A stretch of DNA of 62,658 nucleotides, filler included, from Nemertoderma westbladi (taxonomy: Eukaryota > Animalia > Xenacoelomorpha): assembly GCA_032718475.1 (NCBI GenBank). It is 3 parts of 3 records of this genome, joined end to end, with 100 filler letters (N's around TTAATTAATTAA, not from the genome) between each part and the next. Parts side by side here need not be neighbours in the genome. Positions count along the whole stretch, not along the records: positions 28,840 to 45,300 come from JAUCBJ010007203.1; positions 45,401 to 62,658 come from JAUCBJ010000485.1; 1 more part is not named here. One strand, 5' to 3'. The notes beneath the pieces are model-generated. The model was not told the origin of the DNA. It made no database searches and saw only the letters and a program-made list of their open reading frames with translations. Within the stretch, counting starts at the first letter, position 1, and each line of letters starts with the position of its first letter. Position numbers and translations under genes: made by a program. Below are positions 36,635-48,663 of the stretch, piece by piece.

Positions 36635-39583
36635 AAAGGAGCCTCTAAAGGGAGATGAAAAATAATTTGTTTTGCTAACTCATGCGAACGACTTACTGAG
36701 TCGTGCGAACGATTTATTATTTTTTTTGGCTCTCTATTAAACTGTATGCTAAGACTCACTTACTTCGTGGCTCGCCCCTCAGATATCAGTCATTTATAAC
36801 AAGACGTCATATTATTTAGCCAATCAGATTAGAGATAGTAAGTCGTTCCCATGAGTTGTTAGTAAGTCGTTTGCACGAGTTAGTCAGACGTTCGCACGAG
36901 TTAGTCAGACGTTCGCACGAGTTAGTCAGACGTTCGCACGAGTTAGTCAGACGTTCGGACGAGTTAGTCAGACGTTCGCACGAGTTAGCACGAGTTAGTC
37001 AGACGTTCGGACGAGTTAGTCAGACGTTCGCACGAGTTAGTCAGACGTTCGCACGAGTTAGTCAGACGTTCGCACGAGTTAGTCAGACGTTCGGACGAGT
37101 TAATCAGACGTTCGAACGAGTTAGTCAGACGTTCGCACGAGTTAGTCAGACGTTCGCACGAGTTAGTCAGACGTTCGCACGAGTTAGTCAGACGTTCGCA
37201 CGAGTTAGTCAGACGTTCGCACGAGTTAGTCAGACGTTCGAACGAGTTAGTCAGACGTTCGCACGAGTTAGTCAGACGTTCGGACGAGTTAGTCAGACGT
37301 TCGCACGAGTTAGTCAGACGATCGCACGAGTTAGTCAGACGTTCACACTAGTTAGTCAGACGTTCGGACGAGTTAGTCAGACGTTCGCACGAGTTAGTGA
37401 GACGTTCGCACGAGTTAGTCAGACGTTCGCACGAGTTAGTCAGACGATTGCACGAGTTAGTCAGACGTTCGCACGAGTTAGTCAGATGTTCGCACGAGTT
37501 AGTCAGACGTTCGGACGAGTTAGTCAGACGTTCGCACGAGTTAGTCAGACGTTCACACGAGTTAGTCAGACGTTCGCACGAGTTAGTCAGACGTTCGGAC
37601 GAGTTAATCAGACGTTCGCACGAGTTAGTCAGACGTTCGCACGAGTTAGTCAGACGTTCGCACGAGTTAGTCAGACGTTCGCACGAGTTAGTCAGACGTT
37701 CGCACGAGTTAGTCAGACGTTCGAACGAGTTAGTCAGACGTTCGCACGAGTTAGTCAGACGTTCGCACGAGTTAGTCAGACGATTGCACGAGTTAGTCAG
37801 ACGTTCGCACGAGTTAGTCAGACGATCGCACGAGTTAGTCAGACGTTCGGACGAGTTAGTCAGACGTTCGCACGAGTTAGTCAGACGTTCGGACGAGTTA
37901 GTCAGACGTTCGCACGAGTTAGTCAGACGATCGCACGAGTTAGTCAGACGTTCACACTAGTTAGTCAGACGTTCGGACGAGTTAGTCAGACGTTCGCACG
38001 AGTTAGTGAGACGTTCGCACGAGTTAGTCAGACGTTCGCACGAGTTAGTCAGACGATTGCACGAGTTAGTCAGACGTTCGCACGAGTTAGTCAGATGTTC
38101 GCACGAGTTAGTCAGGCGTTCGGACGAGTTAGTCAGACGTTCGCACGAGTTAGTCAGACGTTCGCACGAGTTAGTCAGACGTTCGCACGAGTTAGTCAGA
38201 CGTTCGCACGAGTTAGTCAGACGTTCGGACGAGTTAATCAGACGTTCGAACGAGTTAGTCAGACGTTCGCACGAGTTAGTCAGACGTTCGCACGAGTTAG
38301 TCAGACGTTCGCACGAGTTAGTCAGACGTTCGCACGAGTTAGTCAGACGTTCGCACGAGTTAGTCAGACGTTCGCACGAGTTAGTCAGACGTTCGCACGA
38401 GTTAGTCAGACGTTCGCACGAGTTAGTCAGACGATCGCACGAGTTAGTCAGACGTTCACACTAGTTAGTCAGACGTTCGGACGAGTTAGTCAGACGTTCG
38501 CACGAGTTAGTGAGACGTTCGCACGAGTTAGTCAGACGTTCGCACGAGTTAGTCAGACGATCGCACGAGTTAGTCAGACGTTCGCACGAGTTAGTCAGAC
38601 GTTCGCACGAGTTAGTCAGACGTTCGGACGAGTTAGTCAGACGTTCGCACGAGTTAGTCAGACGTTCGCACGAGTTAGTCAGACGTTCGCACGAGTTAGT
38701 CAGACGTTCGGACGAGTTAATCAGACGTTCGAACGAGTTAGTCAGACGTTCGCACGAGTTAGTCAGACGTTCGCACGAGTTAGTCAGACGTTCGCACGAG
38801 TTAGTCAGACGTTCGCACGAGTTAGTCAGACGTTCGCACGAGTTAGTCAGACGTTCGCACGAGTTAGTCAGACGTTCGCACGAGTTAGTCAGACGTTCGG
38901 ACGAGTTAGTCAGACGTTCGCACGAGTTAGTCAGACGTTCGCACGAGTTAGTCAGACGTTCGCACGAGTTAGTCAGACGTTCGCACGAGTTAGTCAGACG
39001 TTCGCACGAGTTAGTCAGACGTTCGCACGAGTTAGTCAGACGTTCGCACGAGTTAGTCAGACGTTCGCACGAGTTAGTCAGACGTTCGCACGAGTTAGTC
39101 AGACGTTCGCACGAGTTAGTCAGACGTTCGCACGAGTTAGTCAGACGTTCGCACGAGTTAGTCAGACGTTCGGACGAGTTAGTCAGACATTCGCACGAGT
39201 TAGTCAGACGATCGCACGAGTTAGTCAGACGTTCGGACGAGTTAGTCAGACGATCGCACGATTTAGTCAGACGTTCGGACGAGTTAGTCAGACGTTCGCA
39301 CGAGTTAGTCAGACGTTCGCACGAGTTAGTCAGTCAGACGTTCGCACGAGTTAGTCAGACGTTCGCACGAGTTCGTCAGACGTTCGGACGAGTTAGTCAG
39401 ACGTTCGGGCGAGTTAGTCAGACGTTCGGGCGAGTTAGTCAGACGTTCGCACGAGTTAGTCAGACGTTCGCACGAGTTAGTCAGACGTTCGCACGAGTTA
39501 GTCAGACGTTCGCACGAGTTAGTCAGACGTTCGGACGAGTTAGTAAAAATTTTTATTTTTAATGTCCCTTTAGTGGCTCCGTA
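36635..39583. mobile_element. Non-autonomous TIR element (TACGG terminus, IS3EU-like) with an expanded internal satellite
   Basis: Left end GGAGCCTCTAAAGGGAGATGAAAAATAA; right-end reverse complement TACGGAGCCACTAAAGGGACATTAAAAAATAA; inverted satellite-like units at 36670-36712. No TSD seen. Confidence 0.65.
36836..39545. repeat. 21-bp tandem satellite (ACGAGTTAGTCAGACGTTCGC), about 125-130 copies
   Basis: Direct observation; this repeat produces the spurious RVSQTFA/RRSHELV ORFs. Confidence 0.98.
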
Positions 39584-39706
39584 GACTCGTACCGTACCTG
39601 TACTGTATAAATAAAAACAGGATTCTTCCCCATATAATAATTGTACAATTCAAATCGTTTCATTTGTATTTTATCTAATTTATTTCATAATAATTTTGTC
39701 ACGGTG

Positions 39707-40564
39707 ATGGGTCGACTAACTCAAGATCAGTTGGATTCATACGAACAGAACGGGTTTCTGATCGTAGAGAACTTCTATACGGCGGATGAATGTCGGGAGA
39801 TGCAGGATCGCATGAAGAAAATAGTCGACGATATGGTTCTAAAAGACCACGAACCAACAACCTTCAGTACGGAAGAGAAAAGCAACGAATCACGCAATGA
39901 ATATTTTATGAAGAGCGCGGATAAAATACGATTCTTCTTTGAGGAGAATGTGTTTAACGATAAAGGCGAGTTGAATGTGGATCGGCACTTGGCGATCAAC
40001 AAGGTTGGCCACGCTCTCCACAGCGAGGACGAAGTATTCCGTCGGTTTACTTTCGATCCACGGGTTAAGGATTATATCCGGGACCTGGGCTTCTCCCATC
40101 CCGCGGTCGTACAGAGTATGTATATCTTCAAACCCCCAGGAATAGGGGGCCGTGTGGCGATGCATCAGGATGCCACATTCCTACACACCGCGCCGCCGGC
40201 TCGTGTGGTGGGAGTCTGGGCTGCGTTGGAAGACGCCACCGAGAGTAACGGTTGTCTGCGGTTCGCCGCCGGTACCCATAGAGACGAGTTGAGTCGACGT
40301 TACTGTAGGAATGAATTAGGAGCGATGGAGTTTGACGCGGCGCTCCCCGCTGGGTGGCGCGATGAGCAGTGCGTCGCGACCCCAGTAACTAAGGGGTCTG
40401 TTATTTTTATACACCCCCTAGTGGTTCATATGAGTCTACCTAATACATCGCAACAGTCCCGGCATATTTACACGTTCCACCTAGCGGAAACTGAAGGAAC
40501 TGTATGGGAAGCCAGTAACTGGATCCAAACAAATGACTCTTTCACATTTCCGCTTTTATATTAA
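39707..40564 (+). CDS. PHYHD1: Phytanoyl-CoA dioxygenase domain-containing protein 1, intronless CDS
   Basis: YFMKSADKIRFFFEE, INKVGHALH, QSMYIFKPPGIGG.V..HQDATFL (HxD), ALEDATESNGCL, VVHMS, SRHIYTFH. Confidence 0.93.
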   Translation: MGRLTQDQLDSYEQNGFLIVENFYTADECREMQDRMKKIVDDMVLKDHEPTTFSTEEKSNESRNEYFMKSADKIRFFFEENVFNDKGELNVDRHLAINKVGHALHSEDEVFRRFTFDPRVKDYIRDLGFSHPAVVQSMYIFKPPGIGGRVAMHQDATFLHTAPPARVVGVWAALEDATESNGCLRFAAGTHRDELSRRYCRNELGAMEFDAALPAGWRDEQCVATPVTKGSVIFIHPLVVHMSLPNTSQQSRHIYTFHLAETEGTVWEASNWIQTNDSFTFPLLY

Positions 40565-40721
40565 TTGGTTACGCGTTTAATGGTGGTCCTTACATGTGTA
40601 ATTTTGGATTTTTGTTAATTGTGATAGACCCAGAATATTAGTACATACTCACTACCGAAAAAAAATTGTACATTCTATATACGCAAGTAGTCTACTGTAT
40701 TATTAAATTATGATTATGTTT

Positions 40722-41486
40722 CGAAATTAGGACAATTCGTATCCGGACAAATCCTGCCCGCAATTTTTTTATGATGGGTACGAATTGTTCGGATGCAAAA
40801 ATATTTATACAAATTGATAACTAACACTTGTTCTATAACATTTATAAAAAAAGTTGAAAAAAAACTAGCTAGTATAAAAAATGTGTACAAAAATATTCAT
40901 CAAAATTGATAGCTAACACGTGTTCTAACCAATCAAAAAAATGTTTTGTTACCTTTTTCTCTTGACATTCGTTTCGGTTACTGTGCGTTACATACAGACA
41001 TTCCATTGTTAATTTTAGCCCAATTATTATTGATAAATAAAATAATGTTCTTTTTTTTTATTTTTAAACTTGGTATTTGTTTTCTGATAGTTTTACATTG
41101 TTAGGGATTGTTATTATAAGTTATTATTTCTTGGATTGTATAGTACTGAAATTATTGAATTCATAAAAAAGTAGAAAAAACTAACTAGTATAAAAAATAA
41201 AAAAAATGTGTTCTAGAACAAAAAGTGTGTTTTAGAACAAAAATATTCAACAAATTCTTCAAATTCAACAAATATTCATCAAATTGATACCTAACAAGTG
41301 TTCTATAACATTCATAAAAAATTAACAAAAACGAACTAGTATAAAAAATCAATATAACGTACTTTTACTCGTCAGTATCCGTACAATTCGTACCCGTCAA
41401 AAAATTTCGGGTACGAATTGTCCGGTACGAATTGTCCGGTACGAATTGTCCGGTACGAATTGTCCGGTATGAATTGTCCGGAGACC
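40722..41486. mobile_element. MITE-like element with inverted 14-bp subterminal repeats (GGTACGAATTGTCC) and 6-bp TSD ATGTTT
   Basis: ATGTTT at 40716-40721 and 41487-41492; GGACAATTCGTA units on the left, five GGTACGAATTGTCC units on the right; duplicated internal A-rich blocks. Confidence 0.7.
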
Positions 41487-42487
41487 ATGTTTGATGTCTC
41501 ACTGTCACTCACAATAGTGTAACCAGAGCGATAGAACCAAGATAACACTTTACGCTAACTAATTACCACATTATTGCTCTAATTTTCACTCATTGGATCC
41601 GATCCGATCCGCTTTAAACGATTTAGTTTAGTTATTTATTGCAAGGGTATTAATCTACTCCTTAACTTAATTAATTTTACTCTACTAAAATTCTGAAGGT
41701 GTCCACATCCACACCAACTAATTAGACACTGGAAATCATGGTTCTTTCAAAAATTTTTTATAAACACCTTACTTTATACTATATTGTATGGGGTTGGAGT
41801 CATGAACAGCTCCTTTTCAGGTTTAATTATTAGGTGACATCACGCTCCCCACACTGCTTGTAGGTGTTTTTTTTTGCCGCGAAACAAATAAATAATAATA
41901 TTTATAATTTTGTATGATTTTTAAAGTATTATATTATTGATTGTGAAGGGGCGGTAACAATAAAAATCTATTGAAATCAACGAATGTATAATGTATATTA
42001 ATTAGTTTATGCCATTACAATATGTAATTAAATTATTAAGTATAAATAATTAAATTAAATAATTAAGTAAATTAGTTTATTTTATTGATTAAAAATAGAT
42101 TATTCAATAATTATCGGCGATTCATTCAAAGAACATCCAATTATGTTACTCCCCACACACAGTCATTATTTGGATAGTACCGGTATTCCAGTACCATAAA
42201 CCGCTCAACATAATAAATTACCGCTTGTTTATTCCGGTCTGTCGTTAATGTTCACGGAAATGGACACTAATGGAGTACCTGCTTTGCTTCCCACATGGGG
42301 GGGGGGGGGGGGGGGGGGTCTTAATTTAGTTTCATAACGAAACTGCCTGAAGTTGTAGGAAAGAGAGACTACAGTAGACCCTCAAAATCCGTATAGACCG
42401 TATCGGGTCTTTTTGTTTAAACTTACTTTTATTTGAAGTTTAGGCAGTTTCACTAACAGCCAGCATACTGACTTTTCTAATAAGTAA

Positions 42488-43088
42488 TAACTATTTACAT
42501 ATTTGTGTGTAAAGTAGCACTTTTCAGTGTGATGATCCGAGTGGCTTTGTTACACGAACGAACGTTAGTGAGTGAGTGAAAATAAAGTCACGAGGATCAG
42601 AACACAGTAAAGTACTTTGCAAAAAGTATGTGTGTAGTTTTATTCCAAAATTGTAACATTACGAAATGATTCTACATATATTATAAGTGATAGAAACTGC
42701 ACAAATTAAATTAGTTTCTGTATAAATAAATGTAAAAATGACATAAATTATGTTATAAATAAGTTAGCTTATATTTATGGTGGCGTTTGGAGGCATGTTA
42801 GTAGTTTATAGCCACTGGTTATTAATAGCTACCGGTAGGTACTGCAGTAGACCTATCTGACTGTCAGGCAATTAATAATAAATACCACCTATTGGTACCC
42901 TACGTGGTAACCAATGACGCCGTAACTTTACAGCTCGCCCCCATTGGTTACCACATAAACAAGGGACCAATGCAATCTAAATGTAAGGCAATACAATACT
43001 GTCATGACCTCTAAAGTTGTAAAGAGCTAAATAACATCTCGTTGATAATACTAACGGCGTTGAGTAATGTTACAAATTTTGGAATAAA
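42488..43088. mobile_element. Non-autonomous element with a long terminal hairpin and asymmetric inverted repeats (Crypton-like architecture)
   Basis: Imperfect hairpin at about 42490-42640; inverted repeats TTTATTCCAAAATTGTAACATT (42639-42660) and AATGTTACAAATTTTGGAATAAA (43066-43088). Confidence 0.45.
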
Positions 43089-43189
43089 GTAATATTTTCT
43101 ATAAATATATGGGTCCGAATTATTGCTAAATAAAAACTCTATTTTTTATAGTTGACCTCATATACAGGTTAACATTTTGCAAACGAAAA

Positions 43190-44800
43190 ATGTCTTTAAA
43201 ACTAATCTCAGGCATCTGCAAATCATTTAACCAAACATGGGATAAGAATTATCCCACCTATTTGTGCAATTATAAGACAAGTATGCCACAGGTTATTACA
43301 GCTCGCTGTCCAGGGTTTATCAAATATGGTGGAAAAAAGGTTTACCTAAAAAGGTTCCATTGGAAACGTGTAACAAAGGAGCAGATTTCACAGTACAACA
43401 AATCGATTTCGTCAAAAATTGACACATACCTTATATCTACTGGTAGCTCCCCGACGGATTGGAACTATGATGTGTTAGATGTATTTGTAACAGACTTTCA
43501 GCAGCAAATTTTCAAGTCAGCTTTTGATTTTATCCCTATTTATAAGACCAATAAGAAGACAACTAACATACGGATTAGATCTGCCACTCTCGCAGAATAC
43601 AATCTTTGTAAGGTCAGTGGTGAGGGATTGAACTCTGCTCTAGGGCGGACTTATAAAGATTCCAAGAAAAGTGTTAGACGTCTTAAAAATTGGCTATGTT
43701 CAAACAAAACAGCTAATTAAGTCTCCAAGATCATTACATCATTGGATAACAATCCTGGTCTGGAAACATATCAATCCGAAATCTAATGTTATACTGTCCC
43801 GAGAGACTCAATCAGCTATCCGTGAGCAATACAATTGTAATATTAATAGTGGGCACAAGTCTGCTGATAATTTAATTGAGCCAAAGCAGTGAAGGACTAT
43901 CACAATTCTATCCGAGACCTTCCACAGGAGAGGGTGGACCTCCAAATGGTTATCCCTGGACTCCCTATCCCGATGGAATGGAATTGCACTACCAGCGATC
44001 ATTTTCCCAATCCGTTTCATTTTTGGATCCCTTGCTTACATCTATTGAAGCTGACACATTGGACATATGCTGCCGTAAGGTTCTACGTAGTCTAATGCAT
44101 GTTGGACCATATCTCTCAAATAGTTGTACCTACACTCTACTGAAGACCACACCAATTAGTACGTTCACCTTCTGCGATGTCATTGGATGTACTCAGAGGG
44201 CAGCTTTCTGTCCAAACAAGATGTTGAGTTCTATTATTTGTGAAAGCTTCTTTCTTATCTCAGTCCACATCCCAGGACGATATGTCAGTGATGGTGCTCC
44301 TATGAAGCTGGGCATTTCCCGTTACCGGTTACCTACACTTACATCACTACACTTCTCGAGGTACAGTATTAAGGGTCTCTGTACCCAGGTTTTACCCGGC
44401 TGTCTAACTTTTGTCCGATATAATCAATATGGACTTTGTTCTAAATTGCTTGCGCTGTAATATTACTTTTCCCAGTTAAGTCAAACGCATCCAGGAATTC
44501 CTCAATCAATCACGCATGGTGTAATCTGCATCATCATATTTATAGTTTCTGATTTATAACTTGCTCTTCAATGACGATCTAACCCCTATGATACCCTGTT
44601 TTATGGTGGTGCACCCTGTTTATAGTTGCTCTCAATGACCACACCTTATATAATGTTTTCAATGTGTCGTGAATTTTATTACCATAGCCATATGTATGTA
44701 CAGAAGTAAGCCTTCTATTCCATTGGATTTTATATTTTTATTTTAACTTGCCGGCGATGACCGGATTATTAATAAATTATTACAGTATTATAATAATACA
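43190..44800 (+). mobile_element. Highly degenerate LINE relic
   Basis: The W.K....ISQY...LDVFV..FQQQIFKSAFDFIP segment resembles the APE-RT linker; it ends in AATAAA plus (ATT/AAT)n near 44772-44800. Weak support. Confidence 0.35.
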
Positions 44801-45300
44801 ACGTTTTCATTTTACCCAAACCGATAATACTTATAATAGCGCTTATACGGTAGAAATGAAAATGTTTTCTACCAATAAGAAATGACACACGTTTAGTATT
44901 TAGTAATGTCTGGAACTGCACACAGTTGTTATAATTATATAAAGACACAAACCCAAAAATAAAACAAACACAAACTGAACTTATATAAAATAAAACAAGT
45001 TTAAATCCGGTTCATTTCAATATTAAACTAACATACCGGTAAACAAATATATAACAGGAAATATTAAAAACAATAACGCCAAAGCAGCAAAGAGTCTCCA
45101 TGGCAGGGCAGTTACCGGTACCTGTGGACGGTACTGCGTTACGGCAGTACGGTAGAGCCTACTGGAACGGTAGGTAATTGTTTGTCATCGTTTAGTTCTT
45201 GTAGGATAACAACGATTAAACTAAATCCACAAACCCTCGGGGTCAGACTGTATCAACTGTAAAAGATCTCGATTGTCTAGCTACCGTCCAGGAGTTATCT

Positions 45301-45400
45301 NNNNNNNNNNNNNNNNNNNNNNNNNNNNNNNNNNNNNNNNNNNNTTAATTAATTAANNNNNNNNNNNNNNNNNNNNNNNNNNNNNNNNNNNNNNNNNNNN
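45301..45400. other. Assembly gap with artificial TTAATTAATTAA linker
   Basis: N44-TTAATTAATTAA-N44. Confidence 0.97.
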
Positions 45401-45973
45401 TGTCATCGGCGAAATGCCATTTTCAATAAATATATTTATTCGACATACTGTACAGTATGTCTCAGAATAGAGTAACCAATCAGCATTCAGACTCAGACCG
45501 TATATATAAAGCTCAACCATCAGACTTTCCGATTCATTCTGTATTCTATTTCAATCACAACATTTTTCCCACAAATTTGGTTATTACTTTTTCTGCCTTT
45601 TCCGCTTTCCTACTTCAGTACTCCTTCATTCAGAATTCAGCACTTTCTTTTACATTCAGACATTGCAGCCTTAGTAGATCTTTACTTTAGATAATATCCA
45701 GTCCGGCAGTACTAATATTTAGATACTTTAGTTTAGTCATATTCATTCGCCTATGGTAATTACAATTACTACATTTCCAAATAAAATGTAAGATGTCACA
45801 ACAACTGTCTTTAAACCTTTTCCATCAGTCCATGCAGACAGAATTAGTGATCAACCAAAATGGAACATAGTTTAGCGGCGTAGACTATTGTTCTCAATAG
45901 AATTAGAATGCAGATACAGTACATATTTCAGTTCATCATCAGATTACTCAGTTCAGTAGTTCCGCCGCGAACA
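45401..45973 (+). repeat. 5' LTR (573 bp)
   Basis: Matches 50180-50751 with only a few differences. Confidence 0.93.
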
Positions 45974-46587
45974 TTATAACCAAATTTTAATCGAATATGA
46001 TTCAGTCACTCCATTATAACCAAATTTAATTTTTTAAGCTACCTTAGTCTACACATATTCAGACAGTCAGACATTTCAAATATTCCGGCATTCCTTCACC
46101 CTGCAGCCCTGCCTAGTACAGTAGCAGTAGTACCGGTACATCAGGATATATAGGCAGATCTGCAGATAGGCTTATTACAATATAAGCCTTACGGTACCTA
46201 GGCCCCATATGGTCCTACTGCCTGACTGGCCCCATATGGTCCTACTGCCTGACTGCCCTATCTGCCTATCATCCTATTGTGTATTGTAATCGAGATTGCA
46301 TAGGCCTATGTTCCTGTACCCATGCTGCCATGGTCAGATGGTACCTGTATCTGTATAGTCCAATATTAGACTTAAGATTTTTTTTTGCTGGTAGGCCTGT
46401 AGGCCAAACAGCTATTCATAAATTCAGACTTTTAGGCCTTTAATTCAGACCGCGATACCGTCGCTAATACCGGTACCGCGAATACCTACGTTCAGACTGT
46501 CAGAGGTCAATTCCGTTCTACGAGCTACAGCTGACCGGATAAACTGACAGCAGCATGTCGAGGAAGACAGGTTAAGAAGATCCACGA

Positions 46588-48663
46588 ATGGATCTTGATG
46601 CAACTGTCACCAATAGTGATACCCTGGGATTGCCAACCAATCCCAGCGGACATGGATTATCTGATTCAGGTGGGATCCAAACAAATCAGGAACAGGATGT
46701 TGGTAACAAAGGTAGGAATGATGGCCCTGTATGTAGGCCTAGATATAAGCCCTCGTCATCGGAAGTCGATCTCATAAATTCTGTAAAGAGGTCAGTATCT
46801 GGTTTAAAATCTCATTTTTCGAAATGTTCATCTGTACTGGCACCAAAAAGTTCAGGTGACATTGGTTCCAGTACGGTTAGTGTGAAAGACTTGAAGACTC
46901 CTCAAAGTTCGTCAACTTTTTTAGATCACAATATTAATAATGGCTTTTTATCACCTGAGTTGCCCTTCTGTAAAGAGTCTTTATACCAGTCTTCTATACG
47001 TAGATCAAAAAAATCGAATTCCATTATCAGCAAGAATTCTAGTAAATCTAGCCACAAATCCTCAGCAAGCCATTCTGCCAGCTCAGTTTCAGCAAATGCT
47101 ACTCTAAAGTTTCTTAAGGCTAGTAGTGAACGCAAATTAACAAAATTACGGTGCGATTTGGATGCTGAACAATCTAAAATAACCAGACAATTACATGATG
47201 AACATCGTAGAGGCCTAATACAAATTGCTGAGCTAAATGAAAGTCTTGCTGCTCAGGAATTAAAACTTTTGAATCCTGAGATGGCCGCTCAGGTCGATAA
47301 TATTTTTCCAGAACCATTTCCCTATTCAGAACCTTTATGCCTATCAGATTCAGTACCAGTACCCTTAGACCTCTCAGATTTAAACCCTTTCTCAAACTCA
47401 GAACTTGTTTCAGATTCAGAACCTGTTCCATATTCAGAACCTTATTCAAATTCAGAACCTTTAGATGTATCTGATTCAGAACCACTTTCAGTTTCAGAAC
47501 CTTTTTCAGATTCAGAACCTTTTGCATCAAGTTCAGAACCTCTTTCAGATTCAGAACTCCTTTCAGATTCAGAACCTTTAGATGCATCAGATTCAGGACC
47601 TCTTTCAGATTCAGAACCTTTTTCAGATTCAAAACCTGTTCCATATTCAGAACCTTTTTCAAATTCAGAACCTTTAGATGTATCAGATTCAGAACCACTT
47701 TCAGTTTCAGAACCTTTTTCAGATTCAGAACCTTTTGCATCAAATTCAGAACCTCTTTCAGATTCAGAACTCCTTTCAGATTCAGAACCTTTAGATGCAT
47801 CAGATTCAGGACCTCTTTCAGATTCAGAACCTTTTTCAGATTCAGAACCTGTTCCATATTCAGAACCTTTTTCAAATTCAGAACCTTTAGATGTATCAGA
47901 TTCAGAACCACTTTCAGTTTCAGAACCTTTTTCAGATTCAGAACCTTTTGCATCAAATTCAGAACCTCTTTCAGATTCAGAACTCCTTTCAGATTCAGAA
48001 CCTTTAGATGCATCAGATTCAGGACCTCTTTCAGATTCAGAACCTTTTTCAGATTCAGAACCTTTAGATACATCAGATTCAGAATTTTTCCCTATCTCAG
48101 AACCTTTTACAGATTCTGAACCTTTCCCTAACTCAGATCCTTTTTCAGATTCAGAACCCATTAACCTTTCAGATTCAAAACCATTTCCTTCCTCAGATTA
48201 TTTTTCAGATTCAGAACCTTTAACTAACTCGGAACCTCTTTCAGATTCAGAACCCCTAGACCTTTCAGATTCAGAACCTTTAACTATCTCGGAACCTCTT
48301 TCAGATTCAGAACCTTTAACTAACTCGGAACCTCTTTCAGATTCAGAACCTTTAACTAACTCGGAACCTCTTTCAGATTCAGAACCCCTAGACCTTTCAG
48401 ATTCAGAACCTTTAACTAACTCGGAACCTCTTTCAGATTCAGAACCTTTAACTAACTCAGAACCTCTTTCAGATTCAGAACCCCTAGACCTTTCAGATTC
48501 AGAACCTTTAACTAACTCGGAACCTCTTTCAGATACAGAACCCCTAGACCTTTCAGATTCAGAACCCTTAGATGTATCAGATTACGAACCTTTCACAAAC
48601 TCAGAACTATTTTTAGATTCAGAACCTTTTACCAACCTAGAACCTTATTCAGACAACCTGTAA
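46588..48663 (+). CDS. Gag-N-terminus-like ORF with a long acidic SDSEP repeat region
   Basis: 691 open codons: Ser-rich segment, then a predicted coiled coil, then about 420 aa of SDSEP(L/F) repeats including three 213-bp higher-order units (47425, 47638, 47851). Confidence 0.6.
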   Translation: MDLDATVTNSDTLGLPTNPSGHGLSDSGGIQTNQEQDVGNKGRNDGPVCRPRYKPSSSEVDLINSVKRSVSGLKSHFSKCSSVLAPKSSGDIGSSTVSVKDLKTPQSSSTFLDHNINNGFLSPELPFCKESLYQSSIRRSKKSNSIISKNSSKSSHKSSASHSASSVSANATLKFLKASSERKLTKLRCDLDAEQSKITRQLHDEHRRGLIQIAELNESLAAQELKLLNPEMAAQVDNIFPEPFPYSEPLCLSDSVPVPLDLSDLNPFSNSELVSDSEPVPYSEPYSNSEPLDVSDSEPLSVSEPFSDSEPFASSSEPLSDSELLSDSEPLDASDSGPLSDSEPFSDSKPVPYSEPFSNSEPLDVSDSEPLSVSEPFSDSEPFASNSEPLSDSELLSDSEPLDASDSGPLSDSEPFSDSEPVPYSEPFSNSEPLDVSDSEPLSVSEPFSDSEPFASNSEPLSDSELLSDSEPLDASDSGPLSDSEPFSDSEPLDTSDSEFFPISEPFTDSEPFPNSDPFSDSEPINLSDSKPFPSSDYFSDSEPLTNSEPLSDSEPLDLSDSEPLTISEPLSDSEPLTNSEPLSDSEPLTNSEPLSDSEPLDLSDSEPLTNSEPLSDSEPLTNSEPLSDSEPLDLSDSEPLTNSEPLSDTEPLDLSDSEPLDVSDYEPFTNSELFLDSEPFTNLEPYSDNL

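Noticed and set aside
36856-39562. 832-, 350-, 187- and 152-aa ORFs (RVSQTFA/RRSHELV repeats)
   Set aside because: Stop-free frames of a 21-bp satellite, open in two frames, with non-ATG starts.
45457-45690. 77-aa ORF duplicated at 50236 (and the 70-aa ORF at 22409)
   Set aside because: These lie in LTRs. The duplication reflects LTR identity, and the 22409 ORF is frameshifted in the other LTR.
47174-48161. Minus-strand KVLNL and GSESE repeat ORFs
   Set aside because: Antisense shadows of the SDSEP repeat.
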